This document shows positions 1 through 10,155 of a DNA stretch of 64,000 bases, in pieces (the first letter of the stretch is position 1; each line of letters starts with the position of its first letter). Source of the DNA: Schizochytrium sp. TIO01. Its lineage: Eukaryota; Protista; Bigyra: Labyrinthulomycetes. The stretch is taken from positions 310,001 to 374,000 of the forward strand of contig SMSO01000036.1 in the NCBI GenBank assembly GCA_004764695.1, given 5' to 3'. The notes below the pieces were generated by a model. It worked only from the letters and a program-made list of their open reading frames with translations. It made no database searches and was not told the DNA's origin. The position numbers and the translations under genes are program-made.

Positions 1-880
1 TGTGATGTGCCGGTACATGGATAATCTCATGGCGGAAGAGAGCACCGATCCACATGAAGAGGTTAATGAAGTGAACGACAGCAAGGGTAGCAAGCTCACG
101 TGCGAACTTCCGGCTAATCCGAGGGCTGTCGCGCACCGCTGCCTGAATACCAACAAACGATACAATGATACCAAGCACGTTCTCTAGAGTATCTACAAGC
201 GTAAGCGGAAGGTCTGACTTAACCTGCCTAAACTCGCCCTGCTGTTCCTGGTATTCATCTGCATCGTCAGGGTGAAGCCAGATAGAGATGGCGGCCATAA
301 AGGTCATGAAGTAGTAAAACAACATGAGCATGGCCATGACTCGCACGCGATATTTCCAGATGCTGAGTTCGTATTCTTCTTCAAATGTGAAATTTGGCTG
401 GTGCTCGAATCGGGCGCCGGGCAGTTCTCCTCTTGCAACCAGCATCTCCTGAATGTGCACTGGGATGTGCATTTCATCAAGACCTCCGTCATGTTGCCGA
501 GAGTGTTGCGAGTCTCCTGCACCCTGGTCCACTTCGCACGCAGCTGCAGGTTTTGGCACAAGATGTACAAAATTTCCATCCTTGACGTTGGAATCTTTAA
601 GCGTTTTCTCGTCGCTGAGGAGTCTTCCCAGGCAGATCAGTCTTTGTCTTTGGGGCGGCAGGCCGGTCATGCCCTCCAGGACACGCTTCAGGCCAAGCAC
701 GGTTTCTGACTCTGATATTTTCACATCATGCGTCTTCTCATCCGACGACTTCACCTTCACTGTGATGGCATCTGCTGCGTTGCTGCTCGACGTGACCTCA
801 TCGGCGGCAACAACTTTGCCCGCTTCGTCCGCATCATCGTCCACATCCACCACCTTCTCGTACGAGACCCGCCTTGACAT
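1..880 (-). CDS. Ubiquitin-like (UBL) domain protein with several C-terminal transmembrane segments; 3' end lies beyond the window
   Basis: Translated by hand from ATG at 880-878 and open to the window edge, so it is absent from the ORF track. It reads MSRRVSYEKVV...ITVKVKSSDEKTHDVKISESETVLGLKRVLEGMTGLPPQRQRLICLGRLLSDEKTLKDSNVKDGNFVHLV (ubiquitin fold), followed by hydrophobic segments VMAMLMLFYYFMTFMAAISIWL, NVLGIIVSFVGIQAAV and LATLAVVHFINLFMWIGALF. Confidence 0.85.
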   Translation of the reverse strand, partial: MSRRVSYEKVVDVDDDADEAGKVVAADEVTSSSNAADAITVKVKSSDEKTHDVKISESETVLGLKRVLEGMTGLPPQRQRLICLGRLLSDEKTLKDSNVKDGNFVHLVPKPAAACEVDQGAGDSQHSRQHDGGLDEMHIPVHIQEMLVARGELPGARFEHQPNFTFEEEYELSIWKYRVRVMAMLMLFYYFMTFMAAISIWLHPDDADEYQEQQGEFRQVKSDLPLTLVDTLENVLGIIVSFVGIQAAVRDSPRISRKFARELATLAVVHFINLFMWIGALFRHEIIHVPAHH

Positions 881-1150
881 CGCGACGCCCTTCTTCTTCC
901 CTCTTATCCTCCTCTCGATCCTCTCCGCGCGGGAACCCCTCGAGCTCCAACGCGTGCGACCGCGAGACGCACGTCTAAGGCCCTCGCGTTTCGGTTCTGA
1001 TTCCCTCTCTCTCTCCCACTCTCTCTTTCCTTCCTTCTTTCTCTTCTTCTTGAGCCTTTGCACCTTCTGAGTCGCACTCCTACCCTCTTCCTTAGCACTC
1101 CCTACCCACCCCTACTCTCTAGCACTGCTTACACTACCACTATCAACATC

Positions 1151-1266
1151 ATTCTTTCATTCATTCTTTCATTCTTTCATTCTTTCATTCATTCTTTCAT
1201 TCTTTCATTCATTCTTTCATTCATTCTTTCATTCTTTCATTCATTCATTCATTCTTTCATTCATTC
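1151..1266. repeat. (TTCA/TTCT)n compound microsatellite
   Basis: attctttcattcattctttc... seen directly. Confidence 0.9.
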
Positions 1267-4010
1267 GGTAATCAGCACTAGGCACCAATAGCCGCTTCCC
1301 TAGTGCGTAGAAAACTTTCAAAACGCTTTTTAGTTAACTGAGAATTAAAACATAGGCATCATTTTAGGATATCATGCCTAGAGCCTGGGTAGTGCTGTTT
1401 AGGCGACTCCAAAGACCATCATGGACTCCCTGACTTTAAAAGGAAAGAAAAAGGAAACGAAAGAAGGAGGTCTTTGCATATGTACTACTTCAATTAATCG
1501 TTTGTTTTCAACAGTCTTTATCGAGATTGAGGATAGTTATGATAAGTGCCTACTACGTTAGTGCTATTCGGCAAAAGGAGAAGAACACCAATAGTTATGA
1601 TATTTCATTTTAATTAAAACGAACTACTAATTTGAGTTGGAAAGGAACAGAAAGAAAGCGGAAAGCTTTCAGGCTCAAGGACCATCTTCTCAAGAACCTC
1701 CCTTTTGGCCTCTTCGCTCACGCTTCCAACGTGGAGGAGCGCGAGGTTCCAAGGACTTATTTGTGAAGCAGCAATCGAAACACTCACTCCGCTTCTTCAT
1801 TCGCTCACCCGTCCATTCCTTCACTTGTTCGTTGGTGCAGATCCAGTCCGCAATGTCGCGCGAAAGGTCCTTTCTTCGAGTTCTGGTTCATCGAAGACCA
1901 TCCTTCGTTCGGAATTTCTTTTAATGAGCTAAGAATAAAGCATCCACTCTTACTGGCGTGCCTATCAGGTACTAGCGCTACGTCGAGCTACTCCGTTCCG
2001 TTCAATTATGCCAAAGAACATGTTCTACTGTTTATCGTACGATATAGATGAGCGGCCACACACCTCTGCGCCCGTATGCAGTGTAATGCTAATACGGGTT
2101 TAATAAGGGCTTAGCGCGGACCCTCCGTGTAAAACTCATGTTAGTCCTTCAAGAACACCATGGAACACTTGAGGTCTCTCCTAGGAGTTAGATGGCGTTA
2201 GCTACGACTTTGCGGTTTTGGCTTTGATACGAGTCTAGTGGATTGAATCAATTGCATCAATTAATCAATTGCATCAGTCAATTGACTCAATTAACTGAGC
2301 GATTGAACGAAAGAACCAATCGATCGATCATTCATCGCAATGGTGCTTCTTCTTTCTCCTTCTTCCCTTCTTTGCTGCCTTGTGGACCTCGATGATCACT
2401 TCTCTCGCGCCCTTCCTTCGACATCCCTCTCTTATCACGGAGACCGAAGAAAGAATCTTTCACAAAGCTTTAGTTTTCATTGTCCCTTCTACATTAAAAC
2501 TTATGTGGACAGGCGCCTGTAGAACCTAGTTATCAGTTACCCTACAACCAATGAAAAGCTTCTATTTTCATTACATCTCTATTTCTTCTTTTCTGTTCTA
2601 AAGTCACTGTATGAGAGTGGTTTTCACCCCAAAAACAACGAAAAAATTAAAAAAAAAAGTAAAAGTAAAAAGGCCAAAACTAGAACTACGATCGTCGATG
2701 ATCCCTCTTTTCTCTCTCAGTATTCTGCCTTCAGAATCTACCTCCACGCAAGCACCGTGCCAAAGGCATGCTGGTAAGTATGTAGCTACCATTGTGTAAT
2801 GAATAAATACACAGGCTCCTTCTGATAACACGGTTTTGCTTGAGATCTCGTGCCTAAATAACTATAATGCGGGCGCATTATTATAAGCTTAGGCGTAGGT
2901 ACTATGGTGGTGCCCCTAGCACCTGCCTAACACTTGCTAACTAGACGCCGTATCAGTTTCGCAGCGCACTGTGGGTAGGCGCGACACATGAGTATCCCAT
3001 AGGACCTTCCTACGCGCCCTCCTATGTGCTATCCTACCACTGGACACAGGAGTGCTAAATCTAAGTGTCTGTTTCTATCGCTATATCTGTATTGATGAAG
3101 CTTCTGGTGTTTAGTTTCCCCATGAAAGCTCGATCAACTCGACATCAACTAAAGAGCGGTGAGTTTATTTATTTATTTAAGCCAAAGCACTCGCTAGCCA
3201 CCAAGAGCAGGCTAGTTATTAGGTACATCTCGAGGGGACCTTACTTACTGCTGCCACCTTCAAGTTGTGTTTACTTTTTTCTAACTCTTTTGTGCCATCA
3301 ATTGCAATTTTTTACCTTTCTCCTTCAACGTAGTAGCGAAAAATAAATATATATCTAAAGTAATCGTCATCAAGCTGACCTCATCAGGAACAGCCGCCTC
3401 CCTCATTGCCAGGCTTGATTCATTGATGGCTTTATGAATATGCAAAGCTCTCGATTGCATAATCACCGAAGGGAACTGCCGCTCCCACTCCAACTTTCCC
3501 CTCAGCGACGCAGGCCACCACGCGTCGCTAGCTAGCTGCTAGCAGTTCCTACCCATCGACCTTCCTGATTTAACTAATTAATTATCTGTGTAGTTTATCT
3601 CAGACACGAGACTTTCTTCCTCTGTGGCGCCTCTGGCCTTCTTCCCTGTGCCTTTCAAGGAGATCTCTGCTTTCTTCTTATCCATCGCCCTTCAAGTTCG
3701 CTCAAATTGACTCATTCATCGATCGTTGTGACTCTCTTTCACTCCTCATTCCTTCATGCCTTCGTTTTTACAAAAAATGACAACTTTTATTTAATTTTAT
3801 TTATTTATTTATTTTAAAAACTAAAACTAAAATTTAATGATTTATTCTAATTTATTCTGATTTATACAGAAAGTAAAGAGTAGTAACAGTGCCTAACATA
3901 ACTCAGTAGAACACCCAGGAAAGAAGAACGCGAGAAGAACGCAAGAAGAACCCGAACAAGAACGAGAGACAAGAGAAGACAAGACAAGACAAGACAATTC
4001 TGCGGCTCGA

Positions 4011-4432
4011 TCAATCCCGAATGTGCAAGAACAAGCTCCCTAGGCAGGCATTCGCTGGCCTGACAGTGACAAGTTCCTCGGCCATGGGGGCCACGCTGGA
4101 GATGAAACCGCGGGCTACAAGATTTTGCTCGCTCGGAACTTCGGCGCCACGGCTCGGTCTCACTTCTGGAGGCGTGGGCTCCGGCTCTCCATAGATTGGT
4201 TCTTTTGTTCTTGTGTAGGCCTCAACGTCGGATAGGAACCGAGGTGGTTCGCGAAGTTCTTTGGGCTCTTCAGGAGGCCATGCGCTCCTGCAGAGACCCC
4301 GGAGCTGCGCCTCCATAGGTCTGGACGCGCAGGCGTGGTGGTCTTCAAGCTCGAGCTCAAGCTCCAGTTCGCTTGCGATTCTGATGGGACGTCCTAAAGG
4401 AGAAGATGCTTGGCCATAGGGCGTGAATGCAC
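4011..4432 (-). other. Possible small or 3'-terminal coding exon (Pro/Glu-rich), function unknown
   Basis: The 101-aa ORF stays open upstream of its ATG to about 4432, where a possible acceptor (gtaagcag|GT) lies. It is GC-rich against AT-rich flanks, but no domain is recognisable. Confidence 0.25.
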
Positions 4433-4884
4433 CTGCTTACAGTACAGCAGCAGATTGACGTGAGCGAGTTATAGAGATCGGGGGTCCTTCGTGGGAAGCT
4501 TTAAGTTTGTATATTTGCAAATATACTCGGATTGGAAGGTCGCGGCCCGACATTCTACACCCCAAAGCCGGTGTGGCTCTGGCAAGGAATCGCCTCGAAC
4601 CCTAGGCTGTTGCTCAACAGTTCCCTCTCAGCACCTACTACTGACACGCATAAAAGAGTGCACCATTGGTTGTAGGGGCTTTTTGGAGTTTTTTGATGTG
4701 TACTTTTACTACTAAACCTCATATTGTTGTTGCACTAGCAGGCAAGTTCTCCACGCCAATCGCTGGGAAATGAAAAAGATGTTGTAGGATTTATGCTTAC
4801 TCCATGAACTGGGCTCATAACTTGTTATCGTTTCTTCTCTTTAAAAGAAATAAAATACTATACCTCCCTATGTATTGCTGAGAG

Positions 4885-4917
4885 GAAGAAGAAGAAGAAG
4901 AAGAAGAAGAAGAAGAA
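4885..4917. repeat. (GAA)n microsatellite
   Basis: gaagaagaag... run. Confidence 0.9.
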
Positions 4918-5477
4918 ATAGGAGCGCTCTCAAAACCGCTCTCAAAGACCTATGACTTCCCTGCCCTGCTCGGTTCAAGTCTTTGGTCCAACCAACTGGA
5001 GGGTAAAGAGGGTGTGCTGTTGATATATATGTTTCATTCTGACTGGGAATATCTAGCTACCGAAGGGAATCTCTTTAACATTGAGCCACTTTATATGCAG
5101 TCTCATAAGATAAGATGATAAAACATGTATAGTGGGCTATCTATCTTCTAAGATCGCGAATGTTAGGTCTTTGAGCTTTGCACCCAATGGTTAATACGTT
5201 CAATCACGTAAAACCCCATCTTTGGCAGCGTTGGGGATCACCGTCTACAGCTGATTGGCCTCGCCAAGCAGCGAAAGCTCAGCAGGAAACGCTCGGCAAT
5301 CAAGATATTCCATGGGAAACCGTTTGCTCAAGGGAACACCTAAACCTGGGCTAAAATTGAAGGTTCCTCGGCCAACCGCACTGTCCGCACTGTCCGCTCT
5401 GTCCGCTCTGTAAGCTTTGAGCTTAACCTCTCCTTTCCATCGACGAAAACAGGGCACCCTTTGTAAACCTCTCTATT

Positions 5478-6164
5478 ATGGTCAGAAATAAAAGGTATTG
5501 TGGTTTCCCCAATTGTCAAAAACAAGATGCTGGCCACGGCAAGTGTGTCGCTCACGGGGGTGGCCAGCGTTGCAAACAAGAAGGTTGCGAAAGAGGTGCT
5601 CAACAGGGCAGCAAATGCATTACCCACGGAGGTGGCAAACGGTGCAACGAGAACGGGTGCGAGAGGACTACGGGTGGGGCAGAGAAGTGTTTTGCGCATG
5701 GTGGCGGCAAACGCTGCAAGGCAGACGGCTGTGGAAAAAGATCTCAAAACCATGGCAAATGCACTATACATGGGGGGTGCAAACGCTGCCAAGTTGATGG
5801 ATGCTCTAGATTTGCCAAACTAGGTGGGAAATGCGTTTCACACGGAGGTGGCAAACGTTGTCAAGAAATTAATTGCACCAAAGGCGCTCTAACAAGTGGA
5901 AAGTGCGTTGCTCATGGTGGGGGCAAACGTTGCCAGGTGGACGGCTGTGAAAAAGGAGCTCAACAGGGTGGAAAATGCATTGCTCATGGGGGTGGAAAAT
6001 ATTGTCAGGTTGTCGATTGTGGAAAGCGCACTCGAAAAGGCGACAAGTGCATGGCACATGCAAAGCTCAGAGCTCATGACTATACTCACATTATCAGTCC
6101 CAGCAATAAAAAACGCAAACCGGATGGTTCCAGTTGCGCCCCTGCGCAGAATTCACAAGCTTGA
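5478..6164 (+). CDS. WRKY19-like HGGG-repeat zinc-finger protein (8 x 24-aa C-x4-C-x9-C-x2-H units)
   Basis: Tandem units such as CKQEGCERGAQQGSKCITHGGGKR and CQVDGCEKGAQQGGKCIAHGGGKY; basic NLS-like NKKRKP near the C-terminus. Confidence 0.9.
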   Translation: MVRNKRYCGFPNCQKQDAGHGKCVAHGGGQRCKQEGCERGAQQGSKCITHGGGKRCNENGCERTTGGAEKCFAHGGGKRCKADGCGKRSQNHGKCTIHGGCKRCQVDGCSRFAKLGGKCVSHGGGKRCQEINCTKGALTSGKCVAHGGGKRCQVDGCEKGAQQGGKCIAHGGGKYCQVVDCGKRTRKGDKCMAHAKLRAHDYTHIISPSNKKRKPDGSSCAPAQNSQA

Positions 6165-7153
6165 GCAGACCACCTGCAAGGGACATAAACTTGGTTAATC
6201 CAACGTCAAATCTGACTCACCGAATACCGCTGACCTGGCCTTCAACACTCCAGAAATTATCCTGGAAAAGTTGTTATAAATGATTGTATTTAACGCAGCC
6301 TCAGGGCCAACGATGTACAGAAGGTAGATGATATGGATAAAAGAGCAGCGGTAGCAATCGTAGGATGAATGTGTCAGAATCAAACTATTATCAAAGTGTT
6401 TACTTGGCTTTTACCTTCCCTTTCATACAAGTTTATCTTTAACTGATATTGGATTTCTGCAAGAAATTGAAATTTAATTAGTTTTTGGTTCTTGAAGGGG
6501 TGCGCTTGTAGCTTGGCTCTTCTGAGTTTTGTAAAACAAGTCTTGGCTCTCCAAATAATACACCAAAATCGGCCAGCCATACTATTTTACTGATCATGAA
6601 TTAAGTGGATTAAGGGCTTGATGCCCAAATCGATATTTTGACTCCTGGCATGGTAAATGGCTTGCTGGAGTTCTGAAAGCACCCACATTTCAGAAGGACA
6701 TAAAGCATTGTTACTCTATCTGAGAAACCTTCTATCTATATACATCAATGACTAATCACTTGTGAGGAGGTAGTACCACGAATGCCTTTTGGCCTTCACA
6801 GAAACGAGGTGGATTTTTTTTTTTTCATTCCTCCCCCCTTTTCCACTGAGCTAACGCTTCATACTGTATCCTATTAAACAACCTCAAGTAATTTTTACAT
6901 TCTCTCAGTTCCCACTGAGCAGTCTCAGTCGAAGTGGGATCAGAGGGTGCCTTCCTATTTGCAGCAACTAATCCCAATACTCTTCTAGATACACATATGA
7001 AACCTAGGAGCTCTTACCTCTTGCGTAGTGTTTTGGGCTTTTGTCCTTTGTTCTTTTTCTTTCATGTGCGATTGGGCAAAAAAATGGCCAAATTCTTCAC
7101 CATCTCACATACTTAGAAAGGCGAGGAAGGTCGGTGTCTTGGATTCATTATAA

Positions 7154-8992
7154 TTGGATGTGCCAGACCGAAAGCCCACGACACTGCACCAGTACCTTGA
7201 CCAGGGGTTCACGGCTAGTCCACTCGGCGTGAAGAAGAAGATTGGGACTCGAACTGTGCTGACAAGGCAGGCAGGGAAAAAGGCATCGGAATTGAATTAT
7301 TGCAACGAGTGCGCAAGGCAAGACTCTGCCAAGTCTGTAACACCACAGATTACAGTGATCAAGCACAGCACAAAGGAGTTAGTGGCTTGGATTTGTAAAA
7401 TGGCCGTGGCAAAGAGTAGAAATAAAATAGAGCGCAAAGTTTCGTACAAAAATGGGGTGAAAATAGACGCATTAACTGGTCGAAAGCTCTGCGTGCAACC
7501 TGATTGCACCAACATTTATTATGCGAGGGGAAGGTGCAAGCGGCATCACAAAAAAGACTCAAGACCCCAAACTCTGAGTCGTACTACGTCAACTACCACT
7601 GTGAAAAGAAGGAATGCTTACACAGATGATGCGTCCCGATTTTGCGTTGTGCCTGGCTGCAACAATACGAAGAAACTGAAGGGCAAGTGCAAAAGTCATG
7701 GAGGGTTTGCTACTTGCCTTGAGCCTCAATGTACGAAGAGGGACGCTGGCGGAGGAAAATGTAGAGAACATGGTGGTGGTAAGAATAAATGTCAACATAA
7801 GGGCTGTAGGCGATATGTGATAGAATGCGACATGTGCAAGGCACATCAAAAAGAACTTCATCGTGGAGATATCTGCAATCAGTCTCATGCAAAGACAAAG
7901 AAAACTGTAGAGGGAAACCTTCGTAAAAAATATAGGAAAGATGCCAGACATGGCAAGGCTGTTCCGAACAATATCGAAAGCAAAGATGGTCCATCTTCTA
8001 AGGATAATATGGCTAATCTCAACAACACTAAAGTCATGAAAGGTGTTGAGAAAAGCACGGAGCACACTAGATCCATCCGAAAAAGCGTTTCTCGTACACG
8101 CAGTCTTCAGTCGCACAATTTCAATACCTCACGATTGGCTCAGAAAAGCGATACTTCAAATTTGCCTTCATTTCGATGGGATGATCTACGATCTGTCGAG
8201 GAAGATGAACACAGCGCCGACGACGATAAAATTGTTCTTATTGACCTTGAAGCCGAAGCTGATGTTATAAGCGAGGTAAACTCAGCCGCTTCCTCGAAAA
8301 AATCGTCTGCCGTAGCAACCCAACGTAAAACACAATCTAGGCGCAGTAGTGTTAAATCTCCGACTGTTTCACGCAAACGTAGAGCTGGTAGCACCTCCCC
8401 AACAAGAACACCGAAAAGGTCGAAAACAACCGCCCCAAACAAAATAATAAACCCTTCTCTTGAATGTCAATCCGCAGCCAAGTCGAGTTCAACCCAAAGT
8501 GGTAGTGACATTTCAGCAATAAGAACAACAAGAAGGTCAACAAGATCAGGAGTCAATGGGCAAAGCAAAAGGATAAACTCTTCTCTTGATTCTCGACCTG
8601 TGCTTGAGTCGAGCAGTCTTTCCAGCACTAACGCTTCACCCAAGCATAGTCGCAGTAGCAGTGCAGCAGCAACAGCAACAAGAAGGTCAACAAGAAGGTC
8701 AATAAGACCACAAGTCAGGGCTTCGAGAAGTGAGAGCTCTCCTTGTGGTTCTCATTCCATAGTTGAGACAAACAACTTTTCTATGATCCAGCGTACGACT
8801 GCACCCCAGGTACAACAACACCATCGCACACACACCGATGGTTCATCTGAAGATTCAGACTTGCAGGAAATGACTATAGTCGTCAATGGCAAAGCTCAAC
8901 GCGAGCTAGTGAATCAAAATATCCATCTCGACTCTCTTGGCAGCAATTTTGTTTTTCATGGCCCCGTGACTATACATGTCCACTATCACTAA
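7154..8992 (+). CDS. Protein with about 4 WRKY19-like C-x4-C-x9-C-x2-H fingers and a long Ser/Arg/Thr-rich disordered region
   Basis: 612-aa ORF with CVQPDCTNIYYARGRCKRH, CVVPGCNNTKKLKGKCKSHGG, CLEPQCTKRDAGGGKCREHGGG and CQHKGCRRYVIECDMCKAH. The first ATG is at 7158 in a different frame and the track start is a non-ATG codon, so the true start is uncertain. Confidence 0.8.
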   Translation: MDVPDRKPTTLHQYLDQGFTASPLGVKKKIGTRTVLTRQAGKKASELNYCNECARQDSAKSVTPQITVIKHSTKELVAWICKMAVAKSRNKIERKVSYKNGVKIDALTGRKLCVQPDCTNIYYARGRCKRHHKKDSRPQTLSRTTSTTTVKRRNAYTDDASRFCVVPGCNNTKKLKGKCKSHGGFATCLEPQCTKRDAGGGKCREHGGGKNKCQHKGCRRYVIECDMCKAHQKELHRGDICNQSHAKTKKTVEGNLRKKYRKDARHGKAVPNNIESKDGPSSKDNMANLNNTKVMKGVEKSTEHTRSIRKSVSRTRSLQSHNFNTSRLAQKSDTSNLPSFRWDDLRSVEEDEHSADDDKIVLIDLEAEADVISEVNSAASSKKSSAVATQRKTQSRRSSVKSPTVSRKRRAGSTSPTRTPKRSKTTAPNKIINPSLECQSAAKSSSTQSGSDISAIRTTRRSTRSGVNGQSKRINSSLDSRPVLESSSLSSTNASPKHSRSSSAAATATRRSTRRSIRPQVRASRSESSPCGSHSIVETNNFSMIQRTTAPQVQQHHRTHTDGSSEDSDLQEMTIVVNGKAQRELVNQNIHLDSLGSNFVFHGPVTIHVHYH

Positions 8993-10155
8993 TAAATAGG
9001 TAAATGTTCAACCTGACCTGCTTTTTCTAAAAGCACATTTAGAGAATCCTTTCTTTTACTTTCCTTCTAGAAAAAGAGTCGAGAACAATCGATGTGATCT
9101 TTCACATTACATTCTGAATGATATGCAATATATTCTCTATAATCGAAATTTGTCTATATTATCGATATGGTTTGATGATGTTGGCATACATCTCTAACGT
9201 GGGAATGCTCACCTTTGATAAAGGCAGAGCACCTAGTTCATTGCATTAACTATATTGACAACTTCATGGAAACAGTATCAAGTTTCAAGGGCGGTGTTTT
9301 ATTGATCGTTAGATATTTTCTATCGGAACTCAAATAATTTTTCGGGACTTTAGAACAGCAGCATACTTACCTTTAGTCAGAAGGATAAAATACAACCACC
9401 CGACCATCAAAATTTGAGCACGAATGTGTTGTTGTGTACGCTTGAGTACATTTGACTTTTTCAGGCAGCTCCTATCAAGATGATTGAACCACAATAGAAG
9501 ACCAAAAAAAGCAAAGAAAAAAAAAAAAAGGTAAAACGAGGAATGGGAATCGGGGAATGAGAAAGATGTTCAACTGGAGTTCGAACGTTCGACATCGAAA
9601 AGATATGGATTATTGATACCTGAGACTTCAGGAAGTACGTGTAAGGACAGTTGTTCAGTTTGCTACTTGCAAGAAAAAAAAAAAAAAGAATATACTAAGA
9701 TCAAGTAGCGAAAACAAGACCTACTTGGTACCATATAGAGTACACACCATTTGTAAGGGTGGCAATAAGGTGAGAATGTGGCTCCATTCTTTTGTGAACG
9801 CTATTTAGATCAAGACTAGCAAGAAACAACTGACGCTTCAAGTAGCGTTTTACTTGAGATATGGTGGATCGTCCACTCATTGTGGAAACCTCTGATCGAG
9901 GTTTCTAATAGTTGAAGATATTACTCTTGCTAGTATCTTAATACCTACCTACCTACCCAGATATAGAATATAAAGTTGAGATATCAAGTGCTCAGTAAAC
10001 ACTAACTTGAATGTTGGGGCACCAACCTATCATTCATTCGTGACAGCTTCTTAAAGCTGAGTGTAGTGCTGCGAAGCGCGCGTGTTGCTATTGTTTCTGG
10101 CGGTGAAGAGTGTTTAGAAGTTCTTTGATGTGATAAGTGAACACGCTTCTCAAGG

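Noticed and set aside
272-1070. Plus-strand ORFs of 145 and 205 aa
   Set aside because: Antisense shadows of the minus-strand UBL-TM gene
5500-6060. 72-bp periodic repeats as a possible CRISPR-like array
   Set aside because: They are degenerate in-frame coding repeats in a eukaryotic gene, with no cas genes
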